From Girardia tigrina (taxonomy: Eukaryota), in contig MQRK01215110.1 of NCBI GenBank assembly GCA_001938485.1, positions 1 to 55,611 on the forward strand: a DNA stretch of 55,611 nucleotides, in the 5' to 3' direction. Made by a program: the position numbers and the translations under genes. A model generated the notes under the pieces. The model was not told the origin of the DNA. It was given only the letters and a program-made list of their open reading frames with translations, and made no database searches. Shown piece by piece: positions 39,140 to 52,500 of this stretch (its first letter is position 1; every line of letters begins with the position of its first letter).

Positions 39140-40243
39140 TGGTGATGGTATTTGCGTATTTGATCTACATGATCTGGCAATATGACCATATTTTTTACAT
39201 TTTTCACACTGTATTTGACCTTCACTGTTAAGTTTGGCTCCCTGTGGAGAAGGAGTTAAAGATCTATTTCTAGTATATCTGTTCTACATCTATTAGCTAG
39301 ATGACCTCTTTTTCCACATTTGTAACATGTTTTAGTAGATGAATTTCGATTATTATTTGTATTATTTTTGAACCAACATTGATTACTGACATGACCAATT
39401 TTGTTACAATTATAACATTGAGGTTTTCTTGTATAATTATTTGACTCTCTGGTGTCATTAAATCTCATTGATCTTGAAAAATTTGGACTTCTCGAATAAT
39501 TTGGGCTTTGATTATTGTTATGTCTACCATTAAAATATTGATTTTGTTTTGGATTTTCATTTTGTGGTCTGTATCTTTGCATTTTTGGAGATACATAACT
39601 TTGAAAATCTTCGTCTGAATCACTGTTGTTTGAATATATCTTCTGTTTAGGTCTTTCTATCGGTTTTAATTCAGTTACACATACTGGTCGAATAGGAGCT
39701 GCAGTAGTATTCATTTCTATTTTCATAGCCTTTTTNNNNNNNNNNNNNATAATTTGTATAGTCAACAAAACAAAGTGCTGTTCTTATGTTATTTTGAACT
39801 CCAGCCCAAAACTGATCTTCAACTATCTTTTTTGTTTGTTCTGTCCAATTTCTCTTTTCTCCAAACGCTTTTTCTGAAAGTGTGGATAAATGAAAAGCGA
39901 ATTCACCAACTGATTCATCCGCATTTTGAATTTGGGAATAAAACTTTTCCCGTATGATTCTACCAACATCACCACTTATTAATTTTTCAGCCATTAAATC
40001 TTTCATATTTGCCCAAGTTTCAACTCCATTTTTATCAATTTGAGTAAAAACTTCTCTAACTGCACCTTTTAAATATAATGGTAATCTTTGAATCATTATT
40101 TTTTCGGCCCATCCATATGCTGTAGCAAACATAAAATATTCTGTCATAAAATCTACGAACTCTACGGGATCTCTCCCATATTGATTTACAGGTAACTTTT
40201 GACAACTCATAAAATCTATATTATTCTCTCTATTTTCTGCCAT
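39140..40243 (-). pseudogene. gag: Gag (capsid plus three CCHC zinc knuckles)
   Basis: FATAYGW, LPLYLKGAVREVF and QNADESVGEFAFHLSTL are retrotransposon gag motifs. Knuckles are CYNCNKIGHVSNQC, CYKCGKRGHLANRC and (frameshifted) CEKCKKYGHIARSC. Confidence 0.92.
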
Positions 40244-40345
40244 CGTTTCTTTTTTAACTTTTTTCCGATTTCTCAAAGGATAATTAGACGTTTTGATACT
40301 TTTTTCGAAATTTCAATTATTAAAAATATACTCTTTTTATTTTAA

Positions 40346-40362
40346 GCACAGAGGGCTCACCA
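40346..40362 (-). promoter_or_regulatory. Putative primer-binding site
   Basis: TGGTGAGCCCTCTGTGC begins 10 nt inside the 5' LTR end. Cognate tRNA not identified. Confidence 0.6.
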
Positions 40363-40372
40363 AATATATTTA

Positions 40373-41062
40373 TGTTGGGTATTAAATTATCTTTAATTTA
40401 AATATTATTTTTTAAATATAAATCTTTATTCTTTAAACTTTAATCTGAAATCTTTAATCTGACTCCAATTAATCAGAAAGGACTTCCAACATAAATATAT
40501 AAATGAGTGAACACAAAATTCTTTTTCCAAATACTTTATTTTTCAATAACACAAAATAGCACACAGCTTTATATTGTTCAATTCAATAGTATCAATAGAC
40601 GTATTCACAAACGGATATTCGATGCGAGTTTATTAGATCACAGTTTGTTTATTTTCAAACTCTAAATCTTCTAAACGAACGATAACCGTAACAATTGAAA
40701 GTTATAATGATCTACTTCTCCTATACAGGATACTATCGATCAGAACTTTCAATAGAAGAATATTAATCGAATAAAATAAAAAAAATAAAAATAAACTTTA
40801 CGATTCTTCCTTCTTGTAGTTTTAGATTAGAAATTTTTGGGCAAACTAAACTAAATTTGCTGCTGTTTATAGTGTTTTTCATCAGCCTTGAAAACTGATA
40901 GAATAAAACAAAGACTAAAATAGTTTTAATTTTCAATTCCAAATTTTGATAAACTATATATTATTTTGTTTGAAATTAATAATTTTGTCAAAAGAATTAT
41001 TTTAAATTTTTTTACATAAAATTTTATCAAAAGTGTTCATAAGTATTTTCGAAACCCTAACA
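40373..41062 (-). repeat. 5' LTR (690 bp)
   Basis: Minus strand TGTTAGGG...ACCCAACA, with a TATA-like CTATAAA and AATAAA motifs. Confidence 0.95.
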
Positions 41063-41476
41063 TAAGTTCCGAAAAGTTTCAGGTGCAAGAAAATAACATG
41101 ACTTTTCTGTTTGGTTGTAGACATAAAACGTGATTAGAAAAGCCGGATGAAGTCTCGTTGTTACCGTAACTTTAGCAAAATATGAAATAAGTAATAATGA
41201 AATTTGTTAATAAATATAGTTGTTAAGTCGTATATTTAGTGGTATTTATATTATATATATTGCTAGTTTGGAAAAAAATTAGATTTATATTATTTGAATA
41301 AATATTTCATAAAGCTCTTTTTAAAACATTGTTAATATACAAAATGTTTCAATCTGCATTGATCATCATCAACTAAATGAATGAACCGAAATTTTCATAA
41401 GGAATTTGTTGAACAAATGATGATTTCCCTGTTTAGTCTGTTACTAAACAGGTTTAAATTAAATTAAAACAAAAGG

Positions 41477-41790
41477 TTTAAATTTGAGAGCATTTCGCCA
41501 CAAATACTTCTAATCATTCGCTTTACCAGGTTCAACTACGGAATCATAAACGCCAGCTATCCTGAGGGAAACTTCGGAAGGATACAGCTACTAGATGGTT
41601 CGATTAGTCTTTCGCCCCTATACTCATGTCCGACGATCGATTTGCACGTCAGAACCGCGGCGGTCCTCCATCAGAGTTTCCTCTGACTTCAACCTGCACA
41701 AGCATAGTTCACCATCTTTCGGGTCTTTACACGATCGCTCAAACTCCGCCCAGATGCGAACACCATCAGACGGATGAACTCGCAATGCAA
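41477..41790 (-). pseudogene. 28S (LSU) rRNA gene fragment
   Basis: Reverse complement of the conserved LSU core: GCTATCCTGAGGGAAACTTCGG, GCTACTAGATGGTTCGATTAGTCTTTCGCCCCTATAC and GCATAGTTCACCATCTTTCGGGTC. Isolated, ~300 bp. Confidence 0.93.
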
Positions 41791-42019
41791 GTGGTTTAGT
41801 TGTCGGTAGTTTGATGGAAATTCGTCGGCGAGAGTACCATGTGAGACGAATTTCCAGTTCCGGCTAAACCAGAAGCCCGAACAGAATGAATAGTGATCCG
41901 GTTGGATGCGTCACAAACAAACAATGGTGAAATCCGCTTGTAGATTTTTCTAAAGCGACAAAAATCAGCGGATTTCCAATTGTCCAGAATACTTAGGCAT
42001 TGAATTTGAACAAAAGAAT

Positions 42020-42441
42020 TAACGGATAACATCAAATAGTAGGTGGACATGAAATAGTAGGTGTAATGAAGTTTTCAAAAAATTTTCCACCTACTATTAT
42101 CGATCAATCAAATAGTAAGTGTATCGTTTTTAAAGCAATTTATAAAAAAAAATTTATAAAACATGATGTGTATGGTGAACGTTTTGTAAAAAAGTATTTG
42201 TCGGAATCCCAAAAAGAAACTGATCACAGTGATAGTGAAGAAATATTAACTGATGATGCTTTTATTATCTANNNNNNNNNNNNNNNNNNNNNNNNNNNNN
42301 NNNNNNNNNNNNNNNNNNNNNNNNNNNNNNCAAAACAAAAGCACCAAATAGTAGGTGTAAACCAATATTGGGCGCCTTTTCAATTTTTTTTCCACCTACT
42401 ATTAAAATAGTAGGTGTCCTACTATTTCATGTTATCCGTTA
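42020..42441. mobile_element. MITE / internally deleted DNA transposon
   Basis: TIRs TAACGGATAACATCAAATAGTAGG / CCTACTATTTCATGTTATCCGTTA, with AAATAGTAGGTG repeated in both orientations. Confidence 0.85.
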
Positions 42442-42763
42442 TTTTATTTCGACGTATGGTGTCACATCATGCATTATTGTTGTTAATTATAAATTAATTC
42501 TTTGATTTCTTTTCAAAGTTGTACGATGAAGAAACATCGTTGAAGTTGTCCTTTAAATAATTGTATGCTTGAATCGTTAGAGTTGAAAAGGTTAGAAATT
42601 TGATGGTTGTTTTAGGATGAGAGGGTAGTATTTGACGGAGAATATCATTACCATTTTCACTCGAATCATGAAAAACAACGAGAATGTTGCGAAAAATATA
42701 TTCCACATACCACGAGTGATACACATGCAATTGAAGATTTCCATGGAGATTCACATTTTGATA

Positions 42764-44025
42764 TTAAGTTGGTCGAAAAATAATGGCGGTTTTTGAGCTT
42801 TATACTTTGTTTATCTACTTTGATATGTATATAAGTTTAAATGCATTAGTGTTAGATATTATTTGAAATCTTATGCCTAGCTGTATATTCATATAGACAT
42901 TATTAACATATTGCTGTTATTTTTTAGAATATTTACGGTGCTAAATTAATAATGGAAAAAATTAAAATTCGAGCAATTTTCTTGTACGAATATAAACTGG
43001 GTTGTAAAGCAGCAGAAACGGCTCGCAATATCAATAAAGCGTTTGGCAAGGGAACAGCTTCTGAGCGCACAGTGCGACGATGGTTCCGAAAATTTTCTGA
43101 TGGAGATGAAAACCTTGAAGATGAAGAAGGTCGTAGTCGTCCTGTTTCTGTGAACAACGACAATTTGAGGACAATGGTGGAAACAAATCCCCGTACAACA
43201 ATCAGAGAACTTGCAGATGGGTTGGGCATTAGTCATTCAACAGTCCTGGATCATTTAAAACAACTTNNNNNNNNNNNNNNNNNNNNNNNNNNNNNNNNNN
43301 NNNNNNNNNNNNNNNNCTATGAAATTTGTTCTGCCAATCATCTTCGCAATAAAAACGATCCATTTCTTGATCGAATTGTTACCTGTGATGAGAAATGGAT
43401 CCTGTATGATAACCGACGTCGATCTGCACAGTGGTCGGACAAAGATGAAGTACCGAAACACTTTCCAAAACCGAAACTAACACTCCGTAAGGTTAGGGTG
43501 ACAGTTTGGTGGTGTGCCACTGGAATCATCCACTATAGTTTCTTGAATCCAGGTGAAACAATCATAGCGGAGAGGTAATGTCATGAAATTGATGAAATGC
43601 ATAAAAAATTGAAAACCCTTTTTCCGGGATTGGTCAATCGAAAAAGTGCCATCCTTCTTCATGATAACGCTAGACCACATATTTCAAAAGTGACTCTTCA
43701 AAAGCTTAATGAGTTGGGCTATGAAACCCTGCTTCATCCACCATATTCACCAGACCTCTCGCCAACGGACTTCTACTTTTTCAGGCATTTGTACAANNNN
43801 NNNNNNNNNNNNNNNNNNNNNNNNNNNNNNNNNNNNNNNNNNNNNNNNNNNNNNNNNNNNNNNNNNNNNNNNNNNTGCTGATGGAATAAAACAACTTGTT
43901 TCTCGTTGGCAAAAATGTATTGATGCCGACGGTTCATACTTTGATTAATAAACTTTTGTTTCTGTGAATTTGCACGTCTTTGAAGTTTGTGTCCAAAAAC
44001 CGCCATTATTTTTCGACCAACCTAA
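42764..44025 (+). mobile_element. Mariner element (cecropia/Hsmar1-like), transposase 42952-43948 with a premature stop
   Basis: TIRs TTAAGTTGGTCGAAAAATAATGGCGGTTTT / AAAACCGCCATTATTTTTCGACCAACCTAA with TA flanks. Motifs IVTCDEKW, LHDNARPH, YSPDLSPTDF and GSYFD*. Confidence 0.97.
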
Positions 44026-44027
44026 TA

Positions 44028-45300
44028 TAATCCCATGTTTCTTCAAATTCTCTATTATTTACTGTATCTTCCCTTCAAAATGCATTGTTTGACGTCGAGC
44101 TGGTACTACAATAGGTGGCCCTTCAGTGATGATATGGTGTTTCAAAATATCAGTCTTTCCTATGTCCCATTTACTAGCCATAAATAAAGTCCCATATTTC
44201 AAAATAAGTTTAGATAATGGATGTTTTCAGGTAATATTTGTTTCGATATTAAGATTTTTCTTCTAGTATCATATGTTATTTCTGAAAACTTCCCTTCTAA
44301 ATTACATATCCTACCCAGTGTTTCAGTACCATATAACGCTATGAGTTTCACTCCAATTTTTTCCAAAATATCGACTCCAATTATTACTTCGGGAATTATT
44401 TCATTAGCAACGAACACCACGTGATTTACTTCCAATCTTCGATATTTTATTTTTAATGTGCATTGTCCTAATATTTGCAAAGGAAATTCGAGTTGATTTA
44501 TTCTCTTTTATAAAACCTTTAATTAATTTCAAAATTTCGGCACTGATCACACTAATCTTTGCTCCTGTATCAAAAAGACATTCGCAATCTACGTTATTCA
44601 AAGTTATTCTTCCAAAAGGTCTCATGTCACTATCATTTCCTTCTATAATGTTATGTTCTCCTATTTCCATTAATCTCATTACGTCAGTATCAAGTTTGTT
44701 GACAATTCCTAATCTTATTTCATCTACACCTAATTTCTTATACACAGTTGACTGTTCAACTTCTTGTTCAATACTAAACAGTTATCTTGAAATTCAGTAG
44801 GTTCTTTTGATATAACTCTATTATAAGATTTTTCTTTATTATCAGTCGCACAATTTCCATTCTTTAAAATACTATATTCATTAAATTCATTATTATTAAC
44901 TTTATTATTGTATTTATCATCGTAAATATTTGTATCATTATTAACATTATCATCAAGTGTGTTAAAAAATGTTTTATTAATATTAAATTTATTATTAAAT
45001 GTATTATTATAATTATTTGTATCATTATTAACATTATCATTAATTGTATAAAAAACATTTTTATTATTATCAATCAAAAAAATTTCATTCGGCAACATGC
45101 AATATGCATTAACGTTCTGTTCTGTAAGCCTTCCAAAAGCATCACATTCATTACTAATATCACAATCAGTCATCCTCTCGTCATACTTTAGTACACAGTC
45201 ATACATATTATTTACATTACAATTATCCTTATTCACACATTCGGCTTTTAAAGATCGACTATCATTTACAACATCACTTACTGCGTCTGAATAGCTGCGA
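44028..45300 (-). pseudogene. Gypsy pol N-terminal remnant (Asn-rich linker, protease, start of RT)
   Basis: CLFDTGAKISVIS and VIIGVDILEK (protease), then DIGKTDILKHHIITEGPPI (pre-RT). Ends at the mariner. The linker has a duplicated 29-aa unit (DNVNNDTN). Confidence 0.85.
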
Positions 45301-48300
45301 TCATTTCCCTGATGTCCGAAAAGCCGCGGATAATTCCAGAACAAGGCGCACATAAAACACATCCACTACACTACGACGATAAGACAGAAGACAATATTAA
45401 AACCAAAACTCTTGAGATATCGAAGTGAGAAACAACCGACGCGAGAATCTGCGGAGCACGATCGACAAGAAATTCTGATACGAGATTGCACGGAGATAGA
45501 GACGAGATAAACGAACGGCCGCAAATCGAGAACTGATACCGAGACCAACATTTCGAATCCCAACGTGTCAATAGACGAAATCCGAGTACTGTGAAATCCT
45601 TCTTAGAGACCGCCTTCGGATTCCATCATCATTGTAATTTTTATTGTATTATATATCGATTTCTAAAGAATGAATATATTTTATAATGAAGTTTTATTGT
45701 TATTTAATTATATCTAACCTTAATTTTCACCTTACGTCGATAGTATAGAAGGAGAGTAAACCCCCCCGTCGCCGTCGTCATCCGAAAGCACTTAGTGATC
45801 CGATGTTAAAGCAATATTCCACATTATCACGCGAGAACTTCCCAGAGAATGGCCAGATGCGATTAATCACTAATAGAAATTTGATATTGAAATTGGAACG
45901 GTTTTTAGAATTCAGTCAGCAGGAGTTAGCCGTATACAACGACGACACGCAGATCAGTTGTTGTGATAGCACGGGGACACGAGATAGATCGATCTGCAGG
46001 CAGAGAATAACTAAGCGAAGCAACACCACGCGTCAGTTAGTCGAAACAAATTAAACTGAGACAAATCATGTTGTCTGAATTGTAAAATTTAGACCATTAT
46101 TAAGCAAGCTGACGTGAGATGAGAAAATGTAAATAATGCGTGAGTGTCTGCAGATAAATCGATAAAGTAAGTTTAGACGCTGACTGAATGAGCCGTTAAA
46201 ATACGAGATAGGAAATACGGCGGAAAATATAAGATTAAATAATTAAATAATAATAACTTGATAATTACATAATGATAAATTGATATGACGTATTTGTACT
46301 AACGTAACGAGAATTAAACAGAATTCACTGAAGTGCTTCGATGAGTTGCGGTAAATTAGACCAACATGAAATTATGAATCGGTACAGATGATATAAACTA
46401 GATCGATGTGAAATATTACTTAACAGTGATAAATTTAAATATAATTCTAACTGATGTTGACATAATTATGAATGGTTTCCGTATACAAATGATATCAATC
46501 TAAGGTTTAGATAACTGGTTCAAATCTAAATGATATAAACGATATAAGTCTAAATAAGAAAATTTAAAAGATATAAAATGACAAATGATATAAAATGAGA
46601 TAAAACTTAATGGATAATAAATGTGAATAGCAAAGATTTAGTTAATAATTCGAAATTGTAGAAAGTAATAATGCTGAAAATTTGTATAAATAAACAAACG
46701 AAGTTTCCAGAGACACTTGTTAATGAAAACAGTGAGAAGATATGTTGGTGCAATCTGAAAATCATCTTAATTAAAGTTGAATTTTGCGATGTAACTGTCC
46801 GACGACGTCTTGTAAATAAAATATTATCTCAAAATGACTTAATTTTTAACTCAGATGAAATTACAATGAAATGAAAATGGAAAATTAGTTTTATCTCTAG
46901 AAATCATCCATTTACAAAACCCAACAAGCAAATATTTGGTCATTTAAGTAAAAATCGTTTATCACGAGAGTTGCGCATCGAATTGAATTATATAACAAAT
47001 AATAAAATACTAAAACACTGCGCCATGAAATTCCACTTTTGTATCGGAATTCTTTAATCGATTCGAAAATTTAATCTGCTTAATGATAATATGAATTGCT
47101 GTCGATGTGAAGTGAATAAAAACTTGTTGATATAAATTAAAATAGGAACATGTTGTTGGTATAAGTAAATAGCTGTGAAATAGGCTGATACAGGATAAAA
47201 TAACATGTAAAGATAACGATATATAGTGATAACTGTTATATAATAATGATATAAATCTGAATAATGTTGGTGAAGATATACAGATGACACATAATAATGT
47301 CTCACATTTTCAGGCGAAATATGAGGTAGAATACAGCACGATAGTGCAAATATATCTTCCGACATTGCCGCAAGCTCAATAATATAACAGTGCCTCAAGT
47401 CTACACGCAGATATATCGCATAACAGTGCCGTAAGTTGCAATAATGAATCAAATAACCATATCAAACAAACATGAGCGATGCATTCAACAGAGGAGTATA
47501 CAGCTACATAGAATGTAATCATCTCCTATTGACGCTGACCCAGGTGGGGGGCCCATAGCCTGTTCCGTCTTGAATCGAACCCGAAGGCCCCTTGAGCTTG
47601 GAACTGCTAGACAGATGTCAGGCAAGACAGGAGGCGTCCGACCCGACATACAATACTATTAAAATAGAAATAAACTTATAATGGGTTGTGGTTGACCCTT
47701 AACAATCACTGGGGGTTCTTGAGTCATCAGAAATGTTTCTACTCGAAGGGGTCGTGACAGATGGTATCCTGCAAAATATACTTCTAGTATATTGTGTTTA
47801 TTTTTTTTCACGAATAAAACAATGATTTATAAAAGAAAATTCCATGACTTTCATTGTACTGGACCTCCAAAATCAGTTTTGATGTTATTACTATATTTTC
47901 CTCAATTTATTATTTTTTAACCAGAATCCGCAGAACGAATAGATGCTCAAGAACATCAGAAACACGAGGCTCTCAACAAACTAACCATGATCTATCTGAG
48001 AACACTCAAACAATAAAGTTCTCAGTAAGCACTCAATCCCACGTAGCATTCACAAAGATCCGGATAGTCTCTCATCAAATTTGAAAGTGGGAAGTTACTT
48101 TTTTTATTTTACTATTTAAATACAATCTTTAAAAAAACGAATTATTGTTTTAATATTTATTACTGTAACTTAAAAAAAACAAATAAAAATCCATCTGAAT
48201 TACTCAAAATTTGATTGAAAGAAATATACTCAGATCATCCAATGTTTAAAGAAATTTAAATTATTGATGATTGTCCAGTGAATATTTGATGATTTAAATT

Positions 48301-49082
48301 GCATCCGATTTTTTTTCATAATCATATATGGACGAATTTTATTAATCCTAAATCGAAACAATTCATGAAATCATTATTTTCCTTAATAAAATTCAAATCA
48401 CATTTCTCTAATTCCATACTAAGAACTTATGTTTAATATATTTTTTTAATTATTTTGATATTTTGTAGTGTTACTAATACTTTCTCTTAGCATATTATTT
48501 GTAAAAGATATGAGAACAAGTTGTTGATTACCAATAAATTAAGTTCTGAATATTAATATCAAAAATATTATTATTATACTTTGTTGATTTCAACTTCCTT
48601 CGATAAATGATTTGAAAACTGTGATTGAATATCTATACATTTTCAAAGCAAAGGATTTTTGTTATTCAATTATTATTTTCAAGTACATTATAATGACTCG
48701 ACTTCTAAAGGTTTACTATAAAGAAATATGGTTATTTCTTCTTAATATGATCTCTAAAAGAAGAATGTATGATATAAATTTTTGATGTGGCTATCATGAT
48801 AAGGAATTAGAAATCATATAAGCAACCTTCCCGTCGATAGAAATTTTATTTTAATTGATTTATTATATTATTCTCAATTATTAAAGGATTCCGTTTATTG
48901 TACATTTCGTGTTTTATTTTATTCAGTTTATATTTTATGTATGATATTTTACATGATAAATTTCACCATCGTTTTTATCAGGATAAATAAACGTTTCTTT
49001 GTGTTCAAATAAAAACCTATAACACTACCGAAACTTGAATAAGGTGGTTATTATCTGATCAAAATAGTATTATGCCGGCTAT

Positions 49083-49222
49083 GCCCCACGTTGAGCGCCA
49101 AAAACAATATGTTGGGTGTGATATTATTAGTGTTGGATTTTATATTATTATTTTAATTTTATTAATTTAAATTTATTTGTTTCATGGTATGCTTTAGCAT
49201 TTGAGTTCATTTTGACCCAACA
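49083..49222 (-). mobile_element. Short LTR remnant with tRNA-Lys primer-binding site
   Basis: Minus strand TGTTGGGT...ACCCAACA (49110-49222), then TGGCGCTCAACGTGGGGC. This is one mismatch from the tRNA-Lys1,2 PBS TGGCGCCCAACGTGGGGC. Confidence 0.7.
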
Positions 49223-49389
49223 TATTATTTAGATATGCCTCTCTGCAGTGTGTCTTTACCTATCACTTATCAAAGATCTATATCATACCCGATTATACTC
49301 ATCTGGCCCTAAGATTCTAACCAGCGAAGAGAATCAAGGAGCTCTCGGGTTCTTACGACTCTTACATTCAATTATTTATCATTTCTCTA

Positions 49390-49578
49390 CTATTTAACTT
49401 TAAATTGGATTTTAATATGTTTACTGAAAAGAACATGAACGATTGTCGTTTGAAAAACCTCGTTGATCTGAGCTACTTCAAAGAATCGCTGGCAATCGGC
49501 TATAAATTCTTCTATGTCATGTGACCCATCATAAACCTTCAGAGTCAGATTTCCGATGACACTGGCCGTGGTCGCCAT
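49390..49578 (-). pseudogene. Gypsy gag N-terminal fragment
   Basis: LKVYDGSHDIEEFIADCQRFFEVAQI gag motif. Confidence 0.65.
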
Positions 49579-49595
49579 GTAAGAGGTTTCAATAA

Positions 49596-52500
49596 TGTTG
49601 GGATTCCGAAAAATATAAATTAAATTTTTAAATCTAATAAAAAATTTAAAATAAATCGTTGGTTAAAATTAATAATTTTTTGATTATTATAATAGTATTT
49701 TAATAAAATTTACAAAATATTTGTAAATATTTTGAGATTTGTTTTAGTTATTCAATTGTCAAGGTTAGGTAAAACTAGTATATAAGCAATAGTTATTTCA
49801 GTTACCGACGCCCATTTGATCACTCGAAGAAAATTAATTTCAAAATTTTATGCGTGGTAAACTTGTTTGTTTTCTATTATTGTTATTTTTTTAACTAATG
49901 AATTAATAGAAAGTTTTAAGTATCCTGTAATATAAGAATAGTAAAAGAAAATCAGATCAGTCAAATGTTGAAGAAATTAAACAGAAACAAAGTTGTTCAA
50001 AAATTGATGATTTAAAATTGGATAAACATAGAATTAGTATAAATCGATTATCAAATCAAATAGATTTAAATAAAGAAGGTGCTAAGAAAGTATATAATTA
50101 TGCAGCAAAGATTGCAGGAATGGAAGTTACTATAGAGAAAACTGCAAATTTATTAAAACTGTTATCAAATTATTTACATGATAATGACAATTCAAAAAAT
50201 AAAATAGTTTTTGATGAAAAATCTTGGAAAAGAATTAAGACAGATTTTAATATTTGAAAAACTTGAAATTATGATTAATAGTTGCGGAAGAGAAGTTACT
50301 ACGGTAGATTTATCACCTCAGAGTAAGGTTAATGATTTAAGAGTTGATAATAAATAAAATGGAAGTTGAAAATTTTATTTTGATCTTTAACAATCAAGTA
50401 TTGGAACATGATGAATATTTAATAGATTATGGTATATTACCTTCGTATATTAATAATGTGGAAGTTAAAATACAAGAAGTTTGATATTGAAAAGAAATAT
50501 GAATTAGAAACTGAAATGCGTATAAAAGACGTTGCACTAAGATTAATTAATGAATTTAAATGTGATTATCTTGATTATGAATATATTATTAGTTTATTAA
50601 ATGAAATTGATACGTTTACGGTATCCGAAAGATTAATTCATTTAATTAAACCTTTGTTGGTAGCTCAAATACACAAAAATACAAAATTTTGTTCTAACAT
50701 TATGGATCTTCTAAAGAAATTTTCGAAATATCTTCGTAAAGAAAATTTAAATGTATCAAAAATATTTTTAGCATTAAATATGCCTGACAATAGTATTGTT
50801 CATGTAGCTGAACATTGGTGTATTAAAGTTAAAAAACTTAGAGAAAAAGTAAAACGAATACTAGACAACTCTGGAACAATTAAATTATTTTACAGAAATC
50901 AAGAATTAGAAGATGAGGATTACGTTTATGATTATGGTATTTTAGATGGTGAAATAAATCAAATTCAAGTGATTTTCATGAGAGAATATATTAATGATTA
51001 TGATAAAAATTTTATGGATAATAATGTTATGAGGAATACTAAGGGAATCATACCAATGATCACCGAAAATGAAATAAAATGTGAACCAGAAGTACCTCTG
51101 GAGAGTATTGATGATGAGGAAATTGGTAATAATATGAAAAGAGAAAGTATTTGTGAAATCCAAGAACCATTGACTCCAAGAATTGATAAATCATTTTTAC
51201 AAAAAGATATGAAAAGTATCGATAATATTAATAATGATAAGACAAAACATGTACTTGTATATAAAAAAACTTGTATATAAAAAAAATCAAATAAAAATAA
51301 AACAAAAAAAATATAACTTACAGTTTCAAAGAAATTCATCGATTTGAGTCAATCAAAAATGTCATTACTGTTTGATATTACCATTATTATAATTATATAT
51401 CTATGTATATAAAAAAAAATAATTTACAAAATATTGTGGAAAATAAATTGTGAGTCCATGTGGAAAATAAATATAATGGAATATTTGATAATATAAATAA
51501 CAATCGATAATTATAAAGACAATTGTATAAAAAATTGCCTTTTGTAATAGAGCGAGTGTCCACATTTGTTTTGATGGAGTCGACATCAATTAGTATGAGC
51601 CATTTTTATAGCTCATTATCCTTCTAATAATGAGTCTCGAGTTGACATAAATATGTATATAAATATAAATACAATAGATTACTTTAAGAAACATATTACA
51701 GATATTTTGTAATGATTTTAAGAATTTGAAATTGTTAATAAATATAAGAAATTTTATATAAAATTGACACATTATATTCCAAAATTTCCTTCGGTTAAGA
51801 AAATTAATGCAAACAACAAAATTTTATTTCAGAAGTTTGAAATGATTTGTGAACAACATACACTTCTTTTCTCAAAATCAGTTAAAATGTTGTGTTGGGA
51901 AATATCAGGAAGTACATTGAGTTGCTTTATTGTTTAAAACATTTTATTGTATGTTTTGAAAGACTTTCTTTTCAGTAAACATGTAAACACAAGAGAATTT
52001 TTATATTTATATTTATATTTATTTTTATATTTATATTTTATATTTATAAATTTTAAATATTTTATTTTTGGTGATTTATATATTTATTTATCTATATATT
52101 TATTTTTTAAAGATGGCAGAAATTCATGATTTTTTTTCACGGGGATTTGTTTTTAACAGTAAAACGTTTTGGAAAATCTCTTTTAACTTTTATATTTTGA
52201 AAAAGTGTAATGCTTACTTACCAATATTAATACCAATATTTTTGACTATCGTCTAAATATCGAGGACGATATTTTTTTATTGGGGAGAGATTTGTTAGGG
52301 TTTGGAAAAAGCATATGAACACTTCTTGATAGAATTTTATATAAGTAAAAATCTAAAATAATTCTTTTAGTAAAATTATTAATTTCAAATAAAATAATAT
52401 TTAGTTTAACAAAACTTGGAATTAAAAATTATAAATGTTTGTTTTACTTCATCAAAAATTATAAATATCTTAGTTTTTGTTTTATCTCATCAATTTCAAG

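Larger units (their letters stand above)
32762..41062 (-). mobile_element. Complete LTR element: gag, tandem ubiquitin-like domains and chuvirus-like glycoprotein, no pol
   Basis: Two highly similar LTRs (40373-41062, and 32762-34752 with an insertion), TG..CA ends, TAAG duplicated at 32758-32761 and 41063-41066, PBS and PPT in the expected positions. Confidence 0.95.

Noticed and set aside
41595-41777. 60-aa ORF
   Set aside because: Spurious antisense translation of 28S rRNA.
45360-47770. GC-richer stretches with short ORFs
   Set aside because: No recognisable motif, terminal repeat or long frame. Probably old repeat DNA but cannot be supported.
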